Origin: Vicugna vicugna
Taxonomy: Eukaryota
Reading direction: 5' to 3'
DNA: 64,000 nucleotides
NCBI GenBank assembly: GCA_013265495.1
Contig: MU061560.1
Coordinates: 496,001-560,000 of the forward strand
Each line of letters begins with the position of its first letter. Within the stretch, counting starts at the first letter, position 1. Shown piece by piece: positions 26,964 through 39,964 of this stretch. Both the position numbers and the translations under genes were made by a program. The notes beneath the pieces are model-generated. The model searched no databases. It had not been told where the DNA came from and saw only the letters and a list, made by a program, of their open reading frames with translations.

Positions 26964-27462
26964 CCCATTATCAAATTACAGTGATTTGAAAAAAGATTCT
27001 GCTGTGAACCTCAATGTTCCTAGAACCCCAGGAAGGCACGGATTGACAACCACACCTCAGCAAAAGCTCCTCTCCCAGCGCTCACCCCAGAAGCAGGGAC
27101 ATAATCCAGACCAAGCTCAGGGTGTACAGACTCGTGTGGCTAACGGCGTAGTAGCAGCACAGAACCGGATGGAATGTGAAGAGGATAAAGCAGCCACTCT
27201 CAGCGCAGAGACTCCTATTCAAACTTCAGAACCCTCGCCCGATACCAGCTTAGTGAATGGAGAAAGAGAAGAAACAACCACGGGACCTGCATCACCCACA
27301 GCAAATCACTGCGATGGAAATGCTGATGACAGGACCCCGGGCGTCGGCCCAGCGCTCCCCCTGGGAGAAGGAAGGGCAGACGCAGAGACCAAGGTGCAGG
27401 AGAGGGAAAACGGAGAGAGTCCCCTGGAGCTGGACCAGCTGGAGCAGCACCACGAGATGAAG
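26964..27462 (+). CDS. FGD4: FGD4 exon (499 nt), N-terminal region and linker
   Basis: Acceptor ttttatcttttAG|C, donor AAG|GTAAAG. Reads (S)[26 protein letters not shown]...[16 protein letters not shown]. Phase 2 to phase 0 fits both neighbours. Confidence 0.96.
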
Positions 27463-30400
27463 GTAAAGGAGTGAGCACTGCCTCTGCCACTGTGGTTTGA
27501 AAACTCTATTTCATAGCACCCTGTAACGAGTAAGTCAGATCACACACGGGACACGTTCTTGGTTCAAAGGTGCGGTATAAGCATTGTCAGAGTTCCCTGG
27601 AATGGAAAGCTGGTTACATTTCTGAAGATAAGAAAAATTTGCCTGTTATTTAGTCTCTTTTCGATTATAAATAGCAGTCTGTGTAAGAGAGTTGAGAATT
27701 GAAAATTGGTCCATTACAGGAAAATGTGTAAGTGACAAATCCAAGTCCTAAACACAGTGAGGATTTTTTATGGTGCTGTGTCTTAATTGGCATTAACACA
27801 GGCAGGAATGAAAAAAAGGCTAAAGCTAGAATGTTAAGAGTGAAAAATGATCGACTGGCGTGGACAGAACTTCAAAGTGAAATCCGTCCTCTGGTTCCGT
27901 TTATAGTGATCCTGAAAAACAATCGCAAATAGCCAAGGAGCCAGTGGTCTTTTTTCTTCTAGTTAGTGAATTAATTTTAAATGCCGACTCTCAAGCAGAG
28001 AAAGTTTAAATGAGGAAGTGGGTGGGGGAAATTGAGTCATACTTGGTAACATTATCTGAAACAGTAAGGAAACAGGACTTTTGCAGAGTGACTCTCTTTG
28101 CAGCTTGATCTAGTAGTGGATGTTAGCGTCTCTGAGCTTGAATCATGGTGAACAGAAGAGAAGTTAAGAACCAAGGACCTCAAGACTCACATCTGTCCTT
28201 TTACAGTTGGGATGATGCCCCCAGCAAGTATTTATGAAACAGTAAGAGCTATTCTTATTAAGGGAAATACTTTCATTGGTGCTGATGCCTGTGGTTGCTG
28301 GGTGCCTCCTCTTTTTACCCCTGTTGTGTATTATTATGTACACATTTCATAAATGGGTCTTACGTGGTTTGGCAGAGACTTGAAAGGGCTTTCCTGTTAA
28401 GCTAGTGAAACGCAGAATGGTACAGCTGTCTTTCTCCTAAATGGGCGTTTAAGCAGTGGTTGGCACGTGCTGTATGTGGGAAGAAGAAGGAAATTTCCTC
28501 TGCAGAGCTACTGATCCAAACCCCACGTGTCTCTCATCTGAGAAGGAGTATTAGCGTTTAATTTCTACCGGGTGACAAAGTGTTCGCCTTTGCTGCTGTG
28601 ATGCTGTTACGTTGCCTTTCCTTGTTCCCAAATGCAAAGATAAATGTGAACAGTGTTAAGATGGTAAATTTTATGTTGTCTGTTTTACTGCAATAAAAAA
28701 CAAAACGTAAACTTAGAAAAATCAAGAAGTTAGTAATGTACAGCAGACCAAACTATTGGAACCAGGAAATCTTGATGCTACTTCTGGTTTGTCCACTAAC
28801 CAGCAGTGTGATGTTGAACAAATCATTTAAACTCCTTAATTAAAGGATGCTAAAATTATTTAAAAAATATAAATGGAGTCTGATCTTGAGGCCCTTTTTA
28901 GTGATAATAACATAGTAATTCTATGCTGTTATATGTAGGTATATTCCTTTGTTAGCATAGCCCTTCAGATCACCAGGTGTTTCTCACACTGTCTAATGTG
29001 CTGAACTTCTAAGACTTCCTGGAATATTTTGAGTTTCACTATGTAGACAGCTGAAAAAAGTTACTTCAATCTTTATATAACTCACTATAGAGATTTACAT
29101 CAGAATAGTCATAGTAAGTTCCGTTTAAACCAGAATTAAATCTAATGGGCATTTCCTAAATTGCCTACCAGAGCTGGGGGCTGGAAAGTAGGCGTAGAAC
29201 AGAATTGCAAAGATGGTTGTAGGAAGTAGACACATATTAAAGTATATCCTGAACAGTCATTATTAATGATTGAGTACTGGCTTGGAAATAATCTGTTTGT
29301 GTAGTTGTTTCACTGATTACCTGACGTATTTTGATCAAGGATCTCTTTCAGTGGTGAATGCAGAATATTGTTATTTTTGCCATGTAAGAGATAAAGAAGA
29401 CCTACCTCACTGCAATTATTGACTCTGCTGTGCCTTAGCAAAGCAGCACTTTGCCAGTGTTTAAACGTTTTGCACCACCAGTGATCTAGAATATAGCCAG
29501 ACACCTCAAAGCAAGCAGATGTTCTTTAAGAACCTCAGAATCGAAGAAAAATTTTAGCACCTTATGATGCCTTTTGGTCTCAACCGCAGAGTGTTAACAG
29601 TATCTTTAGGTTAAGGCTAATCAGGTATTACAGCAGATTACAAGATTGAAATCTACTGAAAGGAAGATGTTATTATAAGGAAACATACTAAAGCCCGTAA
29701 ATTACAGGAAAGTTAGGGACCAGGGACTATCATAGTGTGCATGCATGTGTCCGCTCAGGCTTGGGTACTCCGGAGCATCAGGGGATAACAGTTACTGTTT
29801 GGCATGACAAATTTGGGTTATCATAAGTAGCTTAAACTTTATTAGGAGACTCATGTAAATGGGCCAAAATGGATTAGAATGAATTTCACTAAAAATAGTT
29901 GTCTTTTCTCAGATTTGTAGGTGTCAGTGGTTAAGCTTTAGCAGAGATGCACTGACGTGGACTGCTGCACACACTGATTATGCCATGGAAATTAAAACCT
30001 CTGTGCAGTTTTTATGAGCCTTTTTAATATCTATTTAATATTATATTTAATGAGTTGCACTGGTAGATCTTTTCTGAGATTGATTCAAAGTATTTCCTTC
30101 TTCATTTCATACAGCAAGCTAAATATAAGTGTATGGATGTGCACTTTTTAAGACTAACATTTATATAAGTAACAAATCTGTTACTGGCAACATAAGCTTG
30201 AAGTAGCAATGTATTAAAACTCTAACAATAACAGTTTTATCAAGAATATAAAAGAAACAGATTTTTCTAACAGTTAATCTTTCATTTCATCAAAAATGAA
30301 AGCAATTATGTAAAGAAGTGGGGGGAATAGATGATGGTGTTGTCCACAGTGTAGAGATTTATAGAAACAAATATTTTATATATATTTTTTAAACTTAAAT

Positions 30401-31219
30401 GTTTGTTTCCTGCTTACTTGTGGCTTTTTCATTGCCATTTTACTTATTATATTTTTACTGTAAGTATTGAGGGTTTACTACTTTTGAACATACTCAAAAA
30501 TTAAGAAACATAATCATCTCCTAGGCAAAAGAATAACAGATGATCACATTCAGAAGTAAACTGCAAGTAAATTGCAAATAGAAAACCAGTGCTGTAATCC
30601 AAGTTAACTCACTGTTCCTCTTTTCCCTTCAATTTCTCCTCACTAATTGTAATTCTTAAAATTGTTGATTAATTGTATAGGGTGTAATATGAGTTATCAG
30701 AGTTTCCTGGGAGTTAAAACATAATGCTTACCTTGGTTATCTAATTCTTATGATGGACTACAAGTTTTTTTAAAAAATAAAGCTTTAAATCTCTTTTGGT
30801 TCACTTCTTGAAAAATAAGGGGACACCTGTTGAGTTCTTGTTAGATTTGAGGGCAAATAGTAAATTACTCCTTCATTATTTCTTCTTTTGCCAAATCAGC
30901 TTTAATTCCAAGAAGGCGAAAGGCAACACAAGGAAAGAATTTATCCAGTTTTCACTAGTCAGTCTTTCATTGTTGCTAATATCATAATGAAAGCTCCAAG
31001 TGAGGTTGTAGGTGTTTTAAAATGATGTGTAGGGTAATGGAAAAGTTTCCACACTAACCACCTGGATAGTTCATGAAAGTATTGAGGATGGCTTTTCTTT
31101 ATGGGGAACCCAGAACTTCTTTATGTTGTGGTGACTCTGTTTAGTATGTTAGAAAGATACAAGAACGAGAAATGAGAAAAAGTGAACTCCAGAGAGACTA
31201 TATGTGAGAAAACTAACCA

Positions 31220-32900
31220 TCGTTCACTCAAAAAATTCAGTGTGCAGGCTCACTCTCCTAGGTTCTAGAAGCAGAAATGAACAAGACAAGCCTTCCCCAT
31301 AGTTTCAGTCTCCAGAGGAGAAAGAGGCGTCAGTAAATCACGCTGTTGTGGCGCAGTCCGTCCTTGGGAAACACAGATGAGGAAACAGCTGTCCTGGAGG
31401 AGGGCTGGTGAGGGGCAGGCTGCTGAAGAGCAGCGGAATTGGGCTTGAAGGAAGAGTGGGCGGTGCTGGTGGTCCAGAGTAGACGGGAAAAGGGAGGTGG
31501 GGAAGAGGAACGCGTCTGGGCTGAGGGCAACTGTGAGCAGCAGAAACAGGAGGGTGGCTGCCATGTTTAGGGGTTTTCTGGCCTCATAATAGAGGCTGGA
31601 AGGGCTAGAGAAATGAGTGTGGGGGTAGAAGGGGCTTAAAAAGAAAATGGAAAAAAAAAAAGAAAATGGAAGCAAACGACAAAGTTCAGTGGGTTTGTGT
31701 GCCTAGATTGTGTTTTTTTCCCTTGAAAGCAATGGAAACTTTTTCAAAAGATTTTTTTTAAGTCTTAATAAAAAATGAATAATCCTCATAGAAAATCAAG
31801 AAAGTGCAACAAAACCTAAAGAATACAAAATCGCTCCTGGCTCCGCCCCCAGAGAGAACTGCTTTGATATTGAACATTCCAGCTTGTTTTTCTCAGCTGA
31901 TTTTTTTTTTTAAAAACATTTTCAGTAGCATAATGTATGGTCAGTCTGCATCCTGTTTTGTAGGATTAAACGTAGGTATTTTCCCATGTTATTTCAAACT
32001 TTCCATAAGCTTAACACTGCCTTGGCCTCAGAGGCACTTAATTAAAGCATGGAAGTGACATGATTATACATCCGTGGGTTTTAGAAAAATGAGTCAGATA
32101 AAAGGAAAAGCAGACGCAGCAGGGTCCATGGTTAGTGAGCAACTGCAGTGGTCCCGGTGTGAGAGGATGAGGTCCTGGGACAAGGGAAAGAGGTTTCTGA
32201 GGACTGTGTCAGATGTCAGGAGTGAGTCATGTTCAGCTCCTAGCTTGGCTCAGGTAGCAGCTGGTGTTCCATTTACCAAACTGTAAGAGAACAGGACAGT
32301 ATATTTGGAGGGAGAAAAAAATTAATTGGATTTAGACATATGAATTTAAAGGACTTCTGAGATATCCAGGTAAAGATATCTAAAACAAAAATGGAATATT
32401 CTAGAGACATTATGGGCTATTGGTTAAGGATCAAGGCTTTCAATATTAAAAGAGATGAGTTCAGATCTCAGTGCCATCGCTTCCCAGCTAGGCGACCCCA
32501 GACACGGCAGGCACTTTAATAGAACCCTGTCAGCCTCGGTTTCCTGACATGGAGATGGCAGACAGGAAGAAGAGCAGTTGTGTTTGGAATGAGGGGAGGA
32601 AGTTAGAGTTGCTGATCAGATGACCTTTGCATTGCTCAGTTTGGCATTTGCAAGACATCCATTTGGAGATATTAGGCAGGTGAAATATGGACCTGGAGCT
32701 CAGGAAAGAGGGTAGGGGGTGTAAGACGATGTACCAAAGGGTGTGATTAATATTGCCAAAATAGAATGCGTAGGAGCAGGAAGAGAGCCGAGGACTGAGC
32801 CCTGGCGAATACAAGCATAATCAGAAGGGGAACACGGTGATGTGTCTGAGAGGAAAAAGGAGAAGAGAGACCAGTGTCGTGAGAGCCACTGGGCTTGAGA
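31220..32900 (-). mobile_element. Fragmented L2, interrupted by an old L1 piece (~31740-32020) and a MIR (~32410-32550)
   Basis: L2-like segments gtgacatgattatacatccgtgggttttagaaaaat, gacatccatttggagatattaggcaggtg and gaggactgagccctgg. Confidence 0.55.
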
Positions 32901-33757
32901 GGGTGGTGGGGAGGGAGCGCTGGTGAGCTTATGAGGATGGTCTCCATTTAGAAGGTGGAACCAGTTAACCTGGGACATTATATAGCAAACTATCTCAGTA
33001 AAGCTGGATGCTCGCATTAAACTGAATCTATTATATTGCACATATGCTGTGTACAAGGCACTGCAGTGAATTCAAAGAGGAAACTAGCAATTGAGAAAGA
33101 GGATTAAGATAAATAAATGACCATTACTCATCATGAGGTAAAGGGGAAAAGAGCAAGCTCAAAGATGAAGCCACGGTCTGGAGGATGAGGTCTGGCTGAG
33201 GATGAATTTCCTGTTGGTAGCAGAAATGGAGGAGTTGGGCAGAGAGTCTGGAAGTTGCTGAGTGAGTGAGATATGGGGAGACTGCCCTGTAGAGAGGGTT
33301 GGTGCAGGGTGTGTTAGTTTGACCCCCAAGAGGCTAGTGGACGATCCTCAAGGTTGGAGGGGGGGAACTTTGAATTTGAGGACAGTGGAGAAGATTAGCT
33401 CTTGTGGTGCCTTGTGACCAAGATTCTGAGGGCCCAGGTCAAAGACAGCGGGACCAGCCAGCAGCCTCTCTACATTGCTCAGTGGCCTGGAAGCCAAGAA
33501 AGAGAAGGAGCAAACTTGGAGTGGGACCAGCAATTCAGCAGTGCCGACAGGACAACAGAGTAACAGAATCGGAGATTGGGTTTAACAGAGTGTTGATATG
33601 AACCAGGAAATTTGGCAAAGTCAGGTGCTTGGAGGTCACAGTGTACACAAAGATCCCATTTAGTGTGGGTGTGAGAGAAATGGAAAGGTCAGATCTTGAA
33701 GACACAGTGGTGGTTTTACGGGGCTTAAAAAACAAAACAAAACAGAGAGTAACGCAC

Positions 33758-33980
33758 CATAACCTGGTGGTCAGGAGGACAGACTCAAGAGCCACACCCT
33801 GTAGGTTTGAATCCCACCTCAGCTGCTAACAGCTGTGTGACCTCAAGCAGGTCACTTGAAACCTTTCTGTGTCTGTGTTTCCTCATCTGTAAAACGTAGG
33901 GAGTGTTACCTACCTCATAACATTGTCACAAGGCATGGATCATTTAATAGTCACCAAGTGCTTAGAACAGTGCCTTGAAA
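33758..33980 (+). mobile_element. MIR SINE
   Basis: ggtttgaatccc...agctgtgtgacctcaagcaggtcactt...tgtttcctcatctgtaaaa...aagtgcttagaacagtgcct. Confidence 0.8.
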
Positions 33981-34721
33981 CAATCTGAGCTGTGTTTTTC
34001 TTAAATAAAATCTTACTTCCTCATTTGTAAATCTAGATAAACTTATAACCCTTAATAGACCAAAATTCAACATGTCTTGCCTGTTGAAGATCCCAGCACC
34101 TCTCTCTCTGTTCTGATTTAAACTGAGATGCTCACCTGCAGCACAGAGAGAAATTTGCATGCCTCCTGCCATTTAACTTGGGTTTTTTTTTTATGTTTTG
34201 TTTGTTTCTCCTGCCTGAAGACCATAGGCTATTACCGTGTAAGGCACTCACTAATGTATACGGGGTTTTAGCTCCAGAGAGCTAATTTCTAGCATCAGAA
34301 ATATTTGTAAGTGGCCTAATTACTTTGATACGCTGCCTAGGCTTGGGAAAGACGAATTCAGTATTGACTGTGGGTGTATATTACATTTTCTTGGTGTCTG
34401 ATCTTTAATTTCTGCTAAAGCCAAAGGACAGCTTAGTCTAATATATACTGAACTGGATAGAAGAGCAAAGTTCTGTCTTTGCTGCGACTTCTGTCTGACC
34501 TTGTGCAAGTAATCAAATTGGTCTTTTGGATGCGAGCTTGAATTCTCCCTCCTCCCCACCCTCTATCAAAAGGATGCAATTTAAATCGTCATATTAAAAG
34601 TTCTCACTCTCCTATTCTCCTCTTCTGAATAAGATAAATAGTAAAGAGGGCATAGATTGGACAGGTTTTGGTGCTGGTCATTCGGGCTTGGATTTGACTC
34701 CTGAAGCTTCCTGTGATTCCT

Positions 34722-36458
34722 GGCAGTGATCTCCACTGCTCTGTCTTCCAGCTCACTGACCCGCTTTTCTGAATCACTTAGTCTGCTGCGGACTCCTTCC
34801 AGTGTATTTTTCATTTCAGTTGCTGTGTTCTTCATCTCGGTTTGGCGGTTCTTTGTAGTTTCTAACTCTGTTAAAAACTTCTAACTTCCCACCGTGTGTA
34901 TCCAGTTTCCTCCTGAGTTCTTCGATCATGTTTACCATCATTACGCTGCACACTTTCTTGGGTAGACTGCCTGTGTCCGCTTTGCTGAGTTCTTCTGGGG
35001 CTTCTGTCTCGTTCTTTCATCTGAAGTGTATTCCTTTGCCGCCTTGTTTTGTCTAAGTTGCTGTTTGTGTTTTTATGGATGTGGTAGGTTACTTGGGTTT
35101 CTCGACCTTGGAGAAATGGCCCTCTGTCAGAGACGTCCTTTGCGTCCCAGCAGTGCTCTGCCCTCTCGTCGCCCAAGCTACACATGCTTTAGGGGTCCAC
35201 CCTGAGAGGCCACATGGGTCCTTCTGTTGTGGGGAGCCATCTATGTGGGCCATCTGGCAGGCCCCTGGGCTGGTTGGTCGCCAGGCCCTGCCTTGTGCGC
35301 ATGCTGCTGGCTGCTGTTAGCAGAGCCTGGTCACAAGGTTGTGAAATCCTAGGGGCCCCCAGGGCCATTGCTGGCTCACTGATGGGTGGAGTCAGGATCC
35401 TGAAGACTCTGGGTTCAGTGCTGGGTCTGCTGGCAGGCAGAGCTGGTTACTGGAGTCTAGCTGCGGGGCCCAGGCATCCCAGAGCTCATTTCAGATTGTT
35501 GCCAGGCAAGGACGTGGGGTGGCTGTTGGTTCCTGATGCAGCTGGGCATCCCTAAGGTTGCGCTGGCCTGCTAGTGGGGAGGGCTGGGGCCCAGCTGGTC
35601 CTGCACTGCTGGATTGTACTTTTCTGGCTTCTGGTGTCTTTGCCCTGGTGGATGAGGCTTGGTTTGGCCTGCCGGTGGGCTAAGTCATGTCTCAGGGTGA
35701 CCCCAGAGGAGGCTGTGGGCTCTTGAGTCTTTAGGCAGCTTGTCTGCTGATGGGGGAGGCTGTGTCCCTGCCCGGTTAGCTATTTTGCCTGAGGTGTCCC
35801 AGCCCTGTCCTCTGCAGGCTGTTGGGTGGGGCCAGGTCTGGGAGCTAATTGTCCAGGATGTCAGCAGCCACAGCAGCAGTGTTCTCGCAGCTGAATGTCC
35901 CCCAATACGTCCACCACCAGTGCCTGGGTCCCCAACCTCTCCAGGAGACTGTCCAAGACCAGCAGGTAGGCCCGACCACGCTCCTGTTAAATTACTTCTT
36001 TTTCCCGGTGTCCCAGCGCGAGTGAGAGTTTGTGTGCGCCGTTTAAGAATGAAGCCTCTTTTTCCCTCCAGTCCTTGGGGCCCCTGCAATTTAGCGCCTC
36101 TGGCTTTCAAAGGCAACTGCCCTGGGATGTTGTATTTCTGGTGCTAGACCCCTGGGCTGGGGCGCCAGGCGCGGGGCTTAGAACTCTCACTCCTGTGGGC
36201 GACACCCTGCAGTATAGTTTTTCTCCCATTTGTGGGCTGCCCCGCCGAGGGGTATGGGACTTGATTGTTATCACAAGTCCACCCCTCCTGATCTCGATGT
36301 GTTTCCTCCTTTATGTCCCTACCTGTAGAAGATCCTGCCTGGTGGGTTCCAGTATTTTTTTGTCGGTGGTAGTTCTGCAGATCATTGTGATTTTGGTGCG
36401 CTTGTGAGAGGAGGTGGGTTCAGGATCTCTCCACCCCGCCATCTTGGCCGCCATCTCC
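34722..36458 (-). mobile_element. L1 5'UTR plus degenerate N-terminal ORF1 (3'-truncated)
   Basis: The minus strand encodes EMKNTLEGVRSRLSDSEKRVSELEDRAVEIT (ORF1p coiled coil) and RRQRNTLQMKE. GC-rich 5'UTR. The terminus carries CAAGATGGCG (YY1-type). Confidence 0.85.
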
Positions 36459-36659
36459 CTGGTGTTCTCTTTTTCTTGGAATGTGAACCCGGTAGTAAAT
36501 TTCTTGTTGATTACAAATCTCCCCTGGAAACCGCACGACCTTACTTACGGTGTTATTACATGATCTTAACTGGACATAAAATCTGTGTTTTGTTCCCATA
36601 CCTTCTCATTTTCTTGTTCCCGTATCCAGAGGGGGTTCTCTTAGTTAAAAGGCTGTAGC

Positions 36660-36885
36660 AGAGTAAGGACTTTGTTTCCACAGCCCTGGACTGAGTCCTG
36701 GCTCAGACACGGACCAGCGGTGTGGCTTTGGGCAGATCACCCAGCCTCGCTGAGACACAGCTTCCTCATCTATACGAATAGGGGACAGTGCTGCCTGCTT
36801 CATGGGGTTGAGAGGATTTCATTGGGTGATTCAGGTGAAGCACGCAGAGCTGTGCCGACATACAGCAAGTACTCAGTACACAGGG
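36660..36885 (+). mobile_element. MIR SINE
   Basis: gtgtggctttgggcagatcacccagcctcgctgagacacagcttcctcatctatacgaatagggg...acatacagcaagtactcagta. Confidence 0.7.
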
Positions 36886-37413
36886 AGAGTTGTCCCTGTC
36901 TCTCACTTGTAACGTCCCTTGATTACTCTGCTCAGTATAGTGAGAAAGAATGCTGGAAGTAAGGTGTCCAACACAAGTCAAAGATTTCAGGACCAATTAT
37001 GTGACATTTAGATATCATTGTGATCTAATTTTAAGTTATCACCCGGAGCCACATTGAAGACTGATGTCTGGAATTACGTTAAAAATGACATATCAATATT
37101 TTGATACATCTCATGAATTATGGTCCAAAATTAAGTACTTATTTCTAAGTTGACTCATCTCATTATGACAGAATGGACTTCAGGGAATGGAGACATGTAT
37201 GCCAATACAAAGCCACATCTTCCTTCTCCATGGAAGGCTATGAGGGACAGATTTGGACTGAAATGCCCTAGGACCAAGAAATATGCCTTCTGGTCCTATA
37301 AAATCCTGATAATTTTTATACACATTGTTTTAAATATAACATACGGACCATGTTATAAATATACATATGGAAAAGGCTGTAAGAACCTTTATTAGTTTTG
37401 AGTCAGTGTTTTT

Positions 37414-38005
37414 GTTTTTTTAACTTTTTTTATTGAGTTTTAGTCATTTTACAATGTTATGTCAATTTCCAGTGTAGAGCACAATTTTTCAGTTATACAT
37501 GAACATACAGATATTCACTGTCACATTTTTTTCGCTGTGAGCAACCACAAGATCTTGTATATGTTTCCCTGTGCTGTACAGTATAATCTTGTTTATCTAT
37601 TCTGCATATATAGCCTGTCAGATCTACAAATTTAGAGCTCCCAGTCTATCCCTTCCCACCCCCACCCTTGGCAACCACAAGTTTGTATTCTGTGTCTCTG
37701 ATTCTGTTTGTTTTGTGTTTATGTTCTTTTTTTTTTTTTTTTTTTTTTGTTAGATTCCACATATGAGTGATCTCATGTGGTATTTTTCTGTCTCTTTCTG
37801 GCTTACTTCATTTAGAATAACATTCTCCAGGGACATCCATGTTGCTGCAAATGGCGTTATGTTGTCGTTTTTTATGGCTGAATAGTATTCTGTTGTGTAA
37901 ATATACCACATCGTCTTTATCCAGTCATCTGTTGATGGACATTTAGGCTGTTTCCATGTCTTGGCTATTGTAAATAGTGCTGCTATGAACATTGGGGTGC
38001 AGGTG
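37414..38005 (-). mobile_element. 5'-truncated L1 (ORF2 C-terminus + 3'UTR + poly-A) with perfect TSD
   Basis: Encodes MFIAALFTIAKTWKQPKCPSTDDWIKTMWYIYTTEYYSAIK (ORF2p C-terminus). 14-bp TSD GAGTCAGTGTTTTT at 37400-37413 and 38006-38019. Confidence 0.95.
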
Positions 38006-38619
38006 GAGTCAGTGTTTTTAGAAAGAAATAACCTTCCTGCTTAAAATGAAACCACATGAGAACATGTGATTATAAAGCATATATCAATATCTGATTCATT
38101 TTTTAAATAGTTTAAGATTCTGCCCTGAAAGCATCTTTCAGGAAACTAATTGCTCATTGGCATTTATGAAACTCTTTTCAAAATATGTACTCTCCTGCTT
38201 GGTGGTGTTGAGACATGTGGCAGGGTGTATAGTACTAAGATTCCAAAGAGTGACCTGCGTATCCAGGTAGTGAACTCTGAGCTGCTCTTTGTCCCCGCTC
38301 TTGCCATATGGAAGAGTCATGCCAAAGGGTCTGAAAAGACCTGCAGGGGCGTGGTGACATCTGCAAGGAAGGAGGCAGAACTGATAACTGCAGCACAGTG
38401 TGAGCCAGTGGGTACACTGGCTAATAACAAGGCTGACCCTAACCCTAGTGAGTATGGAGCAGGTCTCTACAAAACGGTTACTGGAGATGTGAAGGTACGC
38501 AGTAATAGCCTAGAAATGCACTAAGCTGAAAGAGACAGAGAAAAGTAAATTGTAGAGTCTATTACTGTAAGAGGAGTGTATCTTACTTTTTCAGTTCTGG
38601 TAGGTTAGATATAATCTCA

Positions 38620-38633
38620 TTTTTTTTTGTTTG

Positions 38634-38673
<40 letters not shown>

Positions 38674-38748
38674 ATTGAAGTATAGTCAGTTTATAGTATG
38701 TCAACAGCACAGTGCTTCATACATAAACATACATATATTCATTTTCAT
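38620..38748 (-). mobile_element. Very short L1 3' tip whose tail contains a (TG)n(TA)n microsatellite
   Basis: aattgaagtatagtcagtttatagtatgtca...catacatatattcattttca matches the L1 ends at 12960 and 37414. Confidence 0.65.
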
Positions 38749-39604
38749 CTCTAACATATCTTTGAGGCAAAACAAAAATACTCTGAGAACAGCTTTCAAT
38801 ATAGTATATATTTGCAAGTGAAAAAAAAACCCAATCCCTTTACTTTATAGAAGAATAGCAAAATAAGATACTTTTTTAATAGCATATTTATGATTATTTT
38901 GAAAAGTCAAGTCTGTGTATTAGGTTCCAAAAGAAGCAAATGGGATTACTCATCAAACCAGTATTATGTAACCATTATTGTTTTCCAAAGAATCACAAGA
39001 ATAAATGATTTCTTAGTAAACTGCTTTAAAAAAAAAAATCAGGCTGCAGCCCCAACGTACCAGCAGTTCTAAAACGACTTTGTCCATCATTTAAGCATAA
39101 GTCTGATATAGTAGAGTCTCGTGCATGAAGACAGATCACACGTTTCTCCCTAAATGTGCTCATAGATAAGTTTCAGAAACAATTTTTTTTTAAAGTTGGA
39201 AACCATCATATTATTACTTCAAGTATGGCTGAATTTTTTATACCTGATAATTATTACTAAAATTACTGAAAAGTCTGTTTTAAGTAGAATTTATGTTGGA
39301 AAAATAATCAGCGTGTAAGTTAAAATGCACGTTTCATTTCTGAGTGGATAGTTGGCATTTTGTTAGTCTGGTCCCTTGTGGGCACGCAATACAGTCTAGT
39401 TTGGGGTGGGGGTTGTTTTGAACAATTTTACGTGGTCTGTTAGAAGTGGTGCGTGCTCCGGGGGAGGAGGGCTATGACTTGAATTGGAGTTTATTTTCGA
39501 GGACGGTGAGGACTATCACTCACATTCTTTGGCTAGTGGCCACCTGCCAGGTCATCACTGAGGAATCCTCCCTGGCCCAGTCACCTACCCTCTATCTCTT
39601 CTTT

Positions 39605-39752
39605 TTTTCTTTCTTTTAAACTTTTCTTGGGGGGAAGGGAAGTAATTAGGTTTATTTATTTGTTTGTTTTTGAAGGAGGTACTGGGGATTGAACCCAGGA
39701 ACTCATGCATGCTAAGCATGTGCTCTAGCACTTTGAGCTATACCCCCCCTCC
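39605..39752 (-). mobile_element. tRNA-derived SINE
   Basis: Reverse complement gggtatagctcaaagtgctagagcacatgcttagcatgcatgagttcctgggttcaatccccagtacctcc. Confidence 0.9.
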
Positions 39753-39964
39753 AACACACACACCTCTTCTGAAGGCACCTTAGAGCCCATGCCTGGTGCT
39801 CAAAGGGCTTGGGTGGGCGTCTGGGGTCCGCTGGGCCGGACAGCACTCCTGGTGCCCCCACGGCCTGGGAATTGGGGCAGTACAGTCGACTTTTTTTGTT
39901 GCAGAGGGGTTAGAGTGACAGCCAACTATTTGCTGAAAAGTTGCCTAAAGTCGCATCCTCTCCT

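Noticed and set aside
34871..36658. Cluster of 80-140 aa ORFs on both strands
   Set aside because: Almost all lie within the GC-rich L1 5'UTR/ORF1 remnant, where stop codons are rare.
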